Positions 1 through 6,917 of a stretch of 25,640 nt of DNA are shown here, one piece after another. Origin of the DNA: Candidatus Polarisedimenticolia bacterium (GTDB lineage Bacteria > Acidobacteriota > Polarisedimenticolia > SMYD01); NCBI GenBank assembly GCA_041580435.1, contig JBFGDW010000009.1:1-25640 (forward strand). The letters are read 5' to 3'. Under the pieces are notes generated by a model that made no database searches, was not told where the DNA came from, and worked only from the letters and a program-made list of their open reading frames with translations. The position numbers were made by a program, and so were the translations under genes. Within the stretch, counting starts at the first letter, position 1, and every line of letters begins with the position of its first letter.

Positions 1-1616
1 CCAATGAGGTCATCGTCGACGTCGGCTACAAGTCCGAGGGCATCATCGACCGGGACGAGTTCCTCGACCGGGAGGGAAAGGTGAGCGTCCAGGAGGGGGA
101 CGAGGTGGAGGTCCTCCTGGAGAAGACCGAGGACAAGGAAGGGTACCTGGTCCTGTCCAAGGAGAAGGCCGAGAAGATGAAGGTCTGGGAGCGTGTGGAG
201 CAAGCCTTCAAGGAAGGCACGCCCCTCACCGGACGCGTGGTGGACCGGATCAAGGGCGGCCTGGCCGTGGACATCGGCATCCGCGCCTTCCTGCCCGGCA
301 GCCTGGTGGACCTGCGGCCCGTGCGCAACCTGGACTCCTACAAGGGCCAGGAGCTGCGCATGCAGGTCATCAAGGTGAACCGCCGGCGCGGCAACATCGT
401 GCTCTCACGCAAGGCCATCCTGGAAGAGGAGAACAAGGAGAAGAAGCAGAAGACCCTGGACACCCTCGAGGAGGGGAAGGTGGTGAAGGGGGTGGTGAAG
501 AACATCACCGAGTACGGCGCCTTCATCGACCTGGGGGGCCTGGACGGGTTGCTCCACATCACCGACATGTCCTGGGGCCGCATCAACCACCCCTCCGAGC
601 TGTTCTCCATCAGCGACGAGGTGGAGGTGGTGGTGCTCAAGTTCGACGCCGACCGGGAGCGGGTGTCCCTGGGCTACAAGCAGCGCACGCCCGATCCGTG
701 GGCGGCGGTGGACGACCGCTACCCCATCGGCTCGCGGGTGCGCGGCAAGGTGGTGAGCCTCACCGATTACGGCGCCTTCGTGGAGCTGGAGGAGGGCGTG
801 GAGGGCCTCATCCACGTGTCGGCCATGTCGTGGACCAAGCGCATCAAGCATCCCTCCAAGATCGTGGCGGTGGATGACACGGTGGAGGCCATGGTGCTGG
901 ACCTGGACAAGGAGAACCGCCGCCTCTCCCTGGGCCTGAAGCAGACCGAGCCCAACCCCTGGGCCCTCATCGACGAGAAGTACGAGGTGGGCTCCCGCAT
1001 CACCGGCAAGGTGCGCAACCTGACCAACTTCGGCGCCTTCATCGAGGTGGAGGAGGGCGTGGACGGGCTGGTGCACATCTCGGACCTGTCCTGGTCCAAG
1101 CGCATCAAGCACCCCTCCGAGGTGCTCCAGAAGGGGGACGAGGTGGAGGCGGTGATCCTGAAGATCGACACCGAGAACCAGCGTCTCTCCCTGGGGATCA
1201 AGCAGCTCCAGCCCAACATCTGGGACGAGTTCTACCGCCTCCACAGCGTGGGCGAGGTCATGCGGGGCAAGGTGGTCCGCCTCACCGAGTTCGGCGCCTT
1301 CGTGGAGCTGGAGGAGGGGATCGAGGGCCTTGTCCACGTGTCCGAGTTCTCCACCGAGCGGGTCGAGAACCCGGAGACCTACTTCAACATCGGCGACGAG
1401 CTGGACGTCAAGATCATCAAGATGGATCCGACGGAGAACAAGATCGGCCTGTCGGTGAAGGCCATCGTCCAGGAAACCGCCCAGCACGATCTGGCCACCT
1501 ACGCCCGGGACGGCGGCGCCGTGAGCCTGGGCGACGTGGTGGGCATCGAGCTGGATCGCCGCCGGGGAGGCCGCAAGCGGCGGCGGGACCGCTACGAACA
1601 TGACGACGAAGACTAG
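1..1616 (+). CDS. rpsA: 30S ribosomal protein S1, 5'-truncated by the window edge (the reading frame is already open from base 3)
   Basis: Translation from base 3 reads NEVIVDVGYKSEGIIDRDEF, continuous with the ORF-track 81..1616 product. It contains multiple repeated S1 domains with motifs such as GAFIDLGGLDGLLHITDMSW, GAFVELEEGVEGLIHVSAMSW and GAFIEVEEGVDGLVHISDLSW, which align well with E. coli S1. There is an Arg-rich then acidic C-terminal tail. Stop TAG is at 1614-1616. Confidence 0.95.
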   Translation, partial: NEVIVDVGYKSEGIIDRDEFLDREGKVSVQEGDEVEVLLEKTEDKEGYLVLSKEKAEKMKVWERVEQAFKEGTPLTGRVVDRIKGGLAVDIGIRAFLPGSLVDLRPVRNLDSYKGQELRMQVIKVNRRRGNIVLSRKAILEEENKEKKQKTLDTLEEGKVVKGVVKNITEYGAFIDLGGLDGLLHITDMSWGRINHPSELFSISDEVEVVVLKFDADRERVSLGYKQRTPDPWAAVDDRYPIGSRVRGKVVSLTDYGAFVELEEGVEGLIHVSAMSWTKRIKHPSKIVAVDDTVEAMVLDLDKENRRLSLGLKQTEPNPWALIDEKYEVGSRITGKVRNLTNFGAFIEVEEGVDGLVHISDLSWSKRIKHPSEVLQKGDEVEAVILKIDTENQRLSLGIKQLQPNIWDEFYRLHSVGEVMRGKVVRLTEFGAFVELEEGIEGLVHVSEFSTERVENPETYFNIGDELDVKIIKMDPTENKIGLSVKAIVQETAQHDLATYARDGGAVSLGDVVGIELDRRRGGRKRRRDRYEHDDED

Positions 1617-1637
1617 CCGACGGGAGGGCCTCCGGAC

Positions 1638-1982
1638 ATGACTCGCGCCGAGCTGGTGGAGCACGTGACCAGGGTTTCCGAGCTATCCAAGAAGCACGCA
1701 GAGATCATCGTCAACACCGTGTTCGACTCCATCATCGAGGCGCTGCGCAGCGACGAGAAGATCGAGCTGCGCGGCTTCGGCAGCTTCCGCATCCGGAAGC
1801 GGCATTCCCGCGTGGGGCGCAATCCCAAGACCGGCGCCCGGGTGGAGGTGCCGGCCAAGAAGATCCCCTACTTCAAGCCGGGCAAGGAGCTCAAGGAGCT
1901 CATCAACGCCTCCGAGGAGGCGCCTGCGGCTTCGGCTCCCGGGCCCCTGACCGGGGCGGCCGGGAGCGAGCCGCCCCTCTGA
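1638..1982 (+). CDS. ihfB: Integration host factor beta subunit (HU/IHF family DNA-binding protein) with a roughly 20 aa low-complexity C-terminal tail
   Basis: KIELRGFGSFRIRKRHSRVGRNPKTGARVEV matches the IHF-beta signature RIEIRGFGSF...GRNPKTG. It sits immediately downstream of rpsA, as in the E. coli rpsA-ihfB arrangement. ATG at 1638 is preceded by GGGAGG at about 1622-1627. Confidence 0.85.
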   Translation: MTRAELVEHVTRVSELSKKHAEIIVNTVFDSIIEALRSDEKIELRGFGSFRIRKRHSRVGRNPKTGARVEVPAKKIPYFKPGKELKELINASEEAPAASAPGPLTGAAGSEPPL

Positions 1983-2019
1983 GGACCGGGCCGGGCCGGC
2001 CGCCGGCGAGAGACCGGGA

Positions 2020-2520
2020 ATGGAACGGATCTACACGCCCTGGCGCCTGGCCTATCTCAGCGGCGCGGGGCAGGGAGGCGAGTGCCTCTTCTGCGCCGCT
2101 CCGGCCCACGCGGACGAGGACGCCCTCATCCTGCACCGGGGCGAGGCCGCCTACGTCATCCTCAACCTCTACCCCTACAGCAGCGGCCACCTCATGGTGG
2201 TGCCCGTGCGCCACGTGGCGAGGCTGGCCCAGGCCACTCCCGCCGAGCGCGGCGAGATCATGGAGACGGCGGCACGGGCCGAGGCGATCCTCCAGGACTG
2301 TTACAAGCCCGACGGCCTGAACGTGGGGATGAACCTGGGGCGTGCGGCGGGCGCCGGCGTGGCCGGCCACCTGCACCTCCACCTGGTGCCCCGGTGGAGC
2401 GGCGACACCAACTTCGCCACGGTCATCGGCGACACGCGCATCATCCCCGAGACCCCCGACCAGACCTTCGCCCGCCTTGTCCCGCTGTTCGCCGAGGCCT
2501 TCGCCGGGGACGCGCCATGA
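2020..2520 (+). CDS. HIT-family (histidine triad) nucleotide hydrolase/transferase
   Basis: Histidine triad motif GHLHLHLVPR near the C-terminus, at about 166 aa, which is HIT-family size. The stop overlaps the miaB start (ATGA at 2517-2520). Confidence 0.8.
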   Translation: MERIYTPWRLAYLSGAGQGGECLFCAAPAHADEDALILHRGEAAYVILNLYPYSSGHLMVVPVRHVARLAQATPAERGEIMETAARAEAILQDCYKPDGLNVGMNLGRAAGAGVAGHLHLHLVPRWSGDTNFATVIGDTRIIPETPDQTFARLVPLFAEAFAGDAP

Positions 2521-3887
2521 CCGCGCCGCAGCGCCGCTACTACATCAAGACCTGGGGCTGCCAGATGAACGTGCAGGACCAGCAGAAGATGGCGTCGCTC
2601 CTGGAGGGGGAAGGGTACGCCCCCGCCCCCAGCGCCAGGGAGGCCGACGTGGTGCTTCTCAACACCTGCTCGGTGCGCGAGAAGGCGGCGGAGAAGCTGT
2701 TCACCTTCCTGGGCCGGATCAAGGGGCTGAAGGCGCGCTCCGCCGGCACCCTCATCGGCGTCACCGGCTGCGTCGCCCAGCAGGAGGGGGAGGCCATCTT
2801 CCGGCGGGCGCCCCAGGTGGACCTGGTCCTGGGACCGCGGCGCATCGGCAATCTGTTGGACCTGGTGTCCGCGGCCGGCGGGGCACAGCGACGCGTGGAC
2901 ACGGCCCTGGACGATCTCACCGCCATCACCTGGGACGGGGGGACGGCCACCCGCCCCGGCGGAAAGGCCTTCCTCACCATCATGGAGGGGTGCAACATGG
3001 CGTGCACCTTCTGCATCGTCCCCCGCACCCGCGGGCGGGAGGTGCACCGGCCGCTGGAGGCGGTGGTGGAGGAGGGCCGGCGGAGGACCGGGGAGGGCAT
3101 CCTCGAGCTGGAGCTGCTGGGCCAGACGGTGAACGCCTACCGTGACGGCCGCCGGGCGTTTCATCACCTGCTGGACGAGGTCGCACAGCTGCCCGGACTG
3201 GCCCGCCTGCGCTTCACCAGCAGCCACCCGGCCTTCTTCACCGCCAACACCGCGGCGGTCATGGCCTCCCACGCCAGCATCTGCCCCCAGCTCCACCTGC
3301 CGGTGCAGTCGGGATCGGACCGGGTGCTGGGGGCCATGCGGCGCGGCTACTCCACCGCTGACTACCTGCGCCGCCTCGAGGACCTCCGGCGCCGCATCCC
3401 CCATGTCGCCCTCTCCACCGACATCATCGTCGGGTTCCCGGGCGAGACCGAGGTGGACTTCCGCGCCACGCTGGACCTGCTCCGGCGGGTGCGCTACGCC
3501 CAGGTGTTCGCCTTCGCCTACTCGCCGCGCCCGGGCACCGCCGCGGCCGACATGGAGTCGGACGTGCCGGGCCACGTGGCCAGCCGGCGCCTGACCGAGC
3601 TGTTCGCCCTGCAGGATGCCATCTCGCGCGAGGAGAACGAGGCGCTGGTGGGGCGCACCCTGCCGGTGCTGTTCCACGGGCCGTCGCGCCGTGACCTGGA
3701 GGTGGCCGCGGGGCGGACCGCCTGCAACCGGGTGGTCAACGTCCCCGGCCTGGCGCCCGGAGCCGCCTCCGGGCACCTGCGGGACGTGCGCATCGTGGCC
3801 GCCGGCAGCCATTCTCTCACCGGAGAAGTCGTGCCGGCACAGGCCGATGGGCGCGATCCAGCCGTCCGGGAGCCGCGCGCGTCTTGA
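2517..3887 (+). CDS. miaB: MiaB-family radical-SAM tRNA methylthiotransferase (UPF0004 N-domain + radical SAM + TRAM)
   Basis: N-terminus MTAPQRRYYIKTWGCQMNVQDQ matches the classical MiaB start (YIKTWGCQMN). Radical-SAM Cys cluster CNMACTFC is present. C-terminal TRAM-like segment HLRDVRIVAAGSHSLTGEVV. The ORF-track entry 2082..3887 is the same frame over-extended upstream through the HIT gene. The real start is ATG 2517, overlapping the HIT stop. MiaB versus MtaB/RimO subfamily is not resolved by eye. Confidence 0.85.
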   Translation: MTAPQRRYYIKTWGCQMNVQDQQKMASLLEGEGYAPAPSAREADVVLLNTCSVREKAAEKLFTFLGRIKGLKARSAGTLIGVTGCVAQQEGEAIFRRAPQVDLVLGPRRIGNLLDLVSAAGGAQRRVDTALDDLTAITWDGGTATRPGGKAFLTIMEGCNMACTFCIVPRTRGREVHRPLEAVVEEGRRRTGEGILELELLGQTVNAYRDGRRAFHHLLDEVAQLPGLARLRFTSSHPAFFTANTAAVMASHASICPQLHLPVQSGSDRVLGAMRRGYSTADYLRRLEDLRRRIPHVALSTDIIVGFPGETEVDFRATLDLLRRVRYAQVFAFAYSPRPGTAAADMESDVPGHVASRRLTELFALQDAISREENEALVGRTLPVLFHGPSRRDLEVAAGRTACNRVVNVPGLAPGAASGHLRDVRIVAAGSHSLTGEVVPAQADGRDPAVREPRAS

Positions 3888-3912
3888 CTTTCCCGGCCAG
3901 TGATCGGATATC
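3884..3912 (+). promoter_or_regulatory. Candidate sigma70-like promoter for the BFN gene (TTGACT -N17- GATATC), overlapping an 8-bp palindrome GGATATCC
   Basis: TTGACT at 3884-3889 overlaps the miaB stop. A 17-nt spacer precedes a weak -10-like GATATC/TATCCT at about 3907-3914. GGATATCC palindrome at 3906-3913. Strong RBS AGGAGG about 8 nt before ATG 3999. Confidence 0.3.
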
Positions 3913-3998
3913 CTGTAGGCAGCCATCCAGGCTGAGCGAGCAGGTCGGTCAACCGCCGGGGTGGTGAAGGTCTGCGTGGACCCCAGGAGGAAGGCGGC

Positions 3999-4487
3999 AT
4001 GGAAGTCGAGATGAAGGTCAAGAGCCTCATGATGGACCCGGTCACGCAGATGCCCATCGTCATCCTGCGGGACCCGGCCGGCGACTCCCTCCTGCCCATC
4101 TGGGTGGGGCTGTTCGAGGCCAACGCCATCGCCCTGCAGCTGGAGAAGATCACCACGCCGCGGCCCATGACCCACGATCTGCTCCGGTCGGTCCTCTCCA
4201 CCATGGATGCCCAGGTGGACCGCATCGTCATCACCGACCTGAAGGAGAACACCTTCTATGCGTCGGTGCACCTGCGCTGCAACGGCCGTGACCTGAGCGT
4301 GGACAGCCGTCCCTCCGATGCCATCGCCCTGGCGCTGCGCACCGATTCCCCCATCTTCGTGGACCGCGCGGTCATCGAGAAGGCCTCCTCGGGCCAGGGG
4401 GAAGGGGAGGAGGAGAGCAAGGCGGAGCGGCTGCGCACCTGGCTGGAGAAGCTGGACCCGGGCGACCTGGGCAAGTACGAGAACTGA
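3999..4487 (+). CDS. Bifunctional nuclease domain protein (DUF151/BFN family)
   Basis: 162 aa. The core ...PIVILRDPAGDSLLPIWVGLFEANAIALQLE...PMTHDLL...ITDLKENTFYASVHL...SRPSDAIALALRTDSPIFV is typical of the DUF151 bifunctional DNase/RNase fold. It ends in an acidic C-terminal tail. RBS AGGAGG upstream. Confidence 0.7.
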   Translation: MEVEMKVKSLMMDPVTQMPIVILRDPAGDSLLPIWVGLFEANAIALQLEKITTPRPMTHDLLRSVLSTMDAQVDRIVITDLKENTFYASVHLRCNGRDLSVDSRPSDAIALALRTDSPIFVDRAVIEKASSGQGEGEEESKAERLRTWLEKLDPGDLGKYEN

Positions 4488-4536
4488 GCCCGGCGGGTTG
4501 CGCCCAGGTTCACAAGCTGCGCCCTCTCCCGGCGCC

Positions 4537-4566
4537 TTGACACCCCTTTTCAGCCCCCGTTAAGAT
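4537..4566 (+). promoter_or_regulatory. Candidate sigma70 promoter for parAB (TTGACA -N18- TAAGAT)
   Basis: Perfect -35 TTGACA at 4537-4542. An 18-nt spacer precedes TAAGAT at 4561-4566 (T1, A2, A5, T6 of TATAAT). It lies in the 176-nt intergenic region upstream of parA and would give a roughly 90-nt leader. Confidence 0.45.
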
Positions 4567-4663
4567 AGCGCCGGCCGCTGCGGCGGCCACCGCGTGAGCC
4601 GGCTCAGCCGCCCCCCATGCGGGTCCCCACCTTCAAGCTGCGCGCCGGGGTTCCTCGACAGCC

Positions 4664-5419
4664 ATGATCCTGACCATCGCGAACCAGAAAGGCGGGGTGG
4701 GGAAGACCACCACCTCCATCAACCTGGCTGCCGCCATTGCCCAGAGGGGCTTCAAGACGCTGCTGGTGGACCTGGATCCCCAGGCCAACTGCACCCTGTC
4801 CTACCTGGACCTGGAGGAGATCGAGATCTCCATGTACGAGGCCCTCACCGACGATCAGGTCGCCGTGCGCAGCATCATCCGCAAGTCTCCCATCCTCTGC
4901 CTGGACATCGCGCCGGCCCGCATCAGCCTGGCCAAGTTCGAGAGCCGCATGGTGGCCGAGTTCGACGGCCATTTCCGCCTCAAGGACCGGCTGCAGCAGG
5001 TGAGCGCCGATTACGACTACGTCATCATCGACACCCCGCCCACCCTCGGGCTGCTCACCGTCAACGCCCTGGTGGCCTCCACCCACCTGGTCATCCCCAT
5101 CCAGTCGTCCTACTACGCCCTGGAGGGGACCGACGATCTCCTGGAGACGGTGGACAAGATCCGCCAGCGCCCCAACCCGGAGCTGCAGCTGCTGGGGGTG
5201 GTCATCACCCTCCATGACCGCCGTACCGTCCTGGGCCGGGACATCAAGAACCGCATCAAGGAGGTGTTCAAGGAGAAGGTGTTCCAGACTGCCATCTCCA
5301 AGAACGTGCGCCTGGAGGAGAGCCCGGCGTACAAGCAGTCCATCTTCACGTTCGCACCCAACTCCACCGGCGCCATGGAGTACTACAAGCTGTCCGAGGA
5401 GGTGATCAGCCGTGCCTAA
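4664..5419 (+). CDS. parA: ParA/Soj-family chromosome partitioning ATPase
   Basis: Deviant Walker A box NQKGGVGKTTTSINLA. 251 aa, Soj-like length with no N-terminal extension. Followed immediately by parB, which overlaps it by 8 nt. Confidence 0.88.
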   Translation: MILTIANQKGGVGKTTTSINLAAAIAQRGFKTLLVDLDPQANCTLSYLDLEEIEISMYEALTDDQVAVRSIIRKSPILCLDIAPARISLAKFESRMVAEFDGHFRLKDRLQQVSADYDYVIIDTPPTLGLLTVNALVASTHLVIPIQSSYYALEGTDDLLETVDKIRQRPNPELQLLGVVITLHDRRTVLGRDIKNRIKEVFKEKVFQTAISKNVRLEESPAYKQSIFTFAPNSTGAMEYYKLSEEVISRA

Positions 5420-6275
5420 GCCACGCGGACTCCCGCAGACCAAGCGCATGCGCCACGACGCCCACTTCGTGGAGCGCCTCGCCGCGCGCCCCTCAGGCGC
5501 CGTCGGACAGCAGATCCCGCTGGACCAGATCGACCCGAGCCCCAACCAGCCCCGGCGCCACTTCGAGGGGATCGACGAGCTGGTGGCGTCCATCAAGGAG
5601 AAGGGTGTGCTGGAGCCGATCCTCGTGCGCCAGCTGGGAGACCGCTACCAGATCATCGCCGGCGAGCGGCGGTACCGGGCCGCCCGGGAAGCCGGGCTGA
5701 CCCGCGTGCCCTGCATCGAGCTGGACGTGGATGACCGCGGCTGCCTGGAGATCAGCCTGGTGGAGAACATCCAGCGTCGCGACCTCACTCCCTTCGAGGA
5801 GGCCGACGCGCTGCGCCAGCTCAAGGAGCGCTTCGGCTTCACCCACGACGAGATCGCCCGCAAGCTCGGCCGCTCCCGCACCACCATCACCGAGACCCTC
5901 TCCCTGGCCACCATCCCCGAGTCGATCCGGGCGCTGTGCCGGTCGGCCGGCATCGCGGCCCGCTCCACGCTGCTGCAGCTGTCGCGCCTCAGCGATGAGG
6001 CGGAGATGCGCCGCATGATCGACGCCATCCAGGAGGAGGACCTCACCCGCGACGATGTGCGGCGCCGGGCCAGGGGAGAGGAGTCCGGGGCAGGGGAGGA
6101 GCAAGACTCACCTGCCGGTGCGCCGTCGCGCACCCGGGGATTCGTGTTCCGCTTCCGCGCCCCGGACCGGCCGTACTCCTTCACACTCCGATTCCCCGAG
6201 CGGGAGGAAGTCCCGCGCCGCGATCTCATCCGCGCGCTGGAAGACATCATCGCCGAGCTGCGCACGCAGAGCTGA
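5412..6275 (+). CDS. parB: ParB/Spo0J-family partitioning protein (CTPase-type, HTH DNA binding)
   Basis: ParB box II GERRYRAAREAG. HTH THDEIARKLGRSRTTITETLSL. The start is GTG at 5412 (track shows M), with GGAGG RBS at 5398-5402, overlapping the parA TAA. The C-terminal roughly 60 aa (RGFVFRFRAPDRPYSFTLRFPEREEV...) are not obviously the canonical dimerisation domain. Confidence 0.85.
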   Translation: MPKPRGLPQTKRMRHDAHFVERLAARPSGAVGQQIPLDQIDPSPNQPRRHFEGIDELVASIKEKGVLEPILVRQLGDRYQIIAGERRYRAAREAGLTRVPCIELDVDDRGCLEISLVENIQRRDLTPFEEADALRQLKERFGFTHDEIARKLGRSRTTITETLSLATIPESIRALCRSAGIAARSTLLQLSRLSDEAEMRRMIDAIQEEDLTRDDVRRRARGEESGAGEEQDSPAGAPSRTRGFVFRFRAPDRPYSFTLRFPEREEVPRRDLIRALEDIIAELRTQS

Positions 6276-6292
6276 CAGTCCCTCGCGCCCCG

Positions 6293-6344
6293 GATGTCGG
6301 CGTGCCGACATCTCAAGCAGGGCTTGAGGTTCGGAGATCTCCGA
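6293..6344 (+). terminator. Three tandem GC-rich palindromes/hairpins immediately downstream of the parB stop, with no U-tract
   Basis: GATGTCGGC-GT-GCCGACATC (6293-6312), CTCAAGC-agg-GCTTGAG (6312-6328) and the 14-nt perfect palindrome TCGGAGATCTCCGA (6331-6344). This is plausibly factor-independent termination of parAB in a high-GC genome. Protein-binding sites cannot be excluded. Confidence 0.4.
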
Positions 6345-6810
6345 GCATCCTCAGTGACACCAGAAGAGAGACTCCACCCTCGACGCGTCCGGCCCCGGAG
6401 CGGAGGTCGCATCGGTTCCGAGCGGTCACATCGCGGATAAAGGCCACCGGGCCTGGCCGCTCGGGCAACGCTCATCCGGCGCAGGCACCACTCATGCGCG
6501 GGGACCGGGTCTGGCGATCATCCATGGCGCCGGGAGCCACGATGTCGCCGGCTCGAATCGCCTGGCGCCGCGCACCGTCGCTGACCAGGTCTTCGCGCCT
6601 CGATCAGTGCGGAGGCCAGGGCCGCTGGCCGCGAGGTCGCCCCTCGGGGCCTTCGTGTGGAGATTCGCGCCTTGCCGGGCGGCCTGGGGCGGGATCCCCG
6701 CGCTCCGGACCGCGGCCAACCGGCTGCTGGCCCGGGGAGCCGGGTCAGGCGCTGCCGGGGCGATGGGAGCCTGGCCATCGTCGGGATCTTCTGGGCTTCG
6801 CTATCCCGGC

Positions 6811-6856
6811 CTTCTTGCTTAAGTTGACATAATATACGTTATCGGACGTTGTAATT
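6811..6856 (+). promoter_or_regulatory. AT-rich island with a TTGACA box upstream of lptFG (promoter-like)
   Basis: cttcttgcttaagttgacataatatacgttatcggacgttgtaattcg is roughly 30% GC in a roughly 70% GC background. TTGACA is at 6824-6829, directly abutted by TAATAT (6830-6835). A second TTGCTT is at 6815-6820 and an ACGTT direct repeat at 6836-6840 and 6846-6850. No clean 17-bp-spaced -10 could be fixed, so the exact promoter geometry is uncertain. Confidence 0.35.
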
Positions 6857-6917
6857 CGCCCAAAGGGGCCTCCCCCCGGGACCGTCCATCCCCCTTCTCC
6901 GCTATCATCCTGCGGCC

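Noticed and set aside
405-1664. 419-aa minus-strand ORF antisense to rpsA; also 2301..4271 (-, 656 aa) antisense to miaB/BFN, 7617..8684 (-) inside lptFG, 11225..12205 (-) and 10669..11637 (+) inside the TPR gene, 20619..22037 (+) antisense to holA/lptE, and 2342..3145 / 3142..3594 (+) alternative frames in miaB
   Set aside because: All are low-complexity shadow frames of strongly supported genes. None shows domain-like sequence.
2082-2516. Upstream extension of the miaB frame (ORF track 2082..3887, 601 aa)
   Set aside because: The first roughly 145 codons overlap the HIT gene out of frame and read as Arg/Pro/Gly junk. The MiaB family N-terminus (YIKTWGCQMN) begins right after ATG 2517, which overlaps the HIT stop.
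6545-6565. tRNA-like T-loop motif GGCTCGAATCG
   Set aside because: Flanking bases do not form a T-stem, and there is no acceptor stem or anticodon arm. I found no tRNA cloverleaf anywhere in the window.
6302-6832. ORF-track frames inside the parB-lptFG spacer (6302..6832 +, 6607..6822 +, 6492..6719 -, 6518..6778 -) as possible small proteins
   Set aside because: Third-codon positions carry many A/T, unlike every real gene here. Products are Arg/Ser/Pro-rich with no motifs. Multiple mutually exclusive frames are open, which is typical of non-coding GC-rich DNA.
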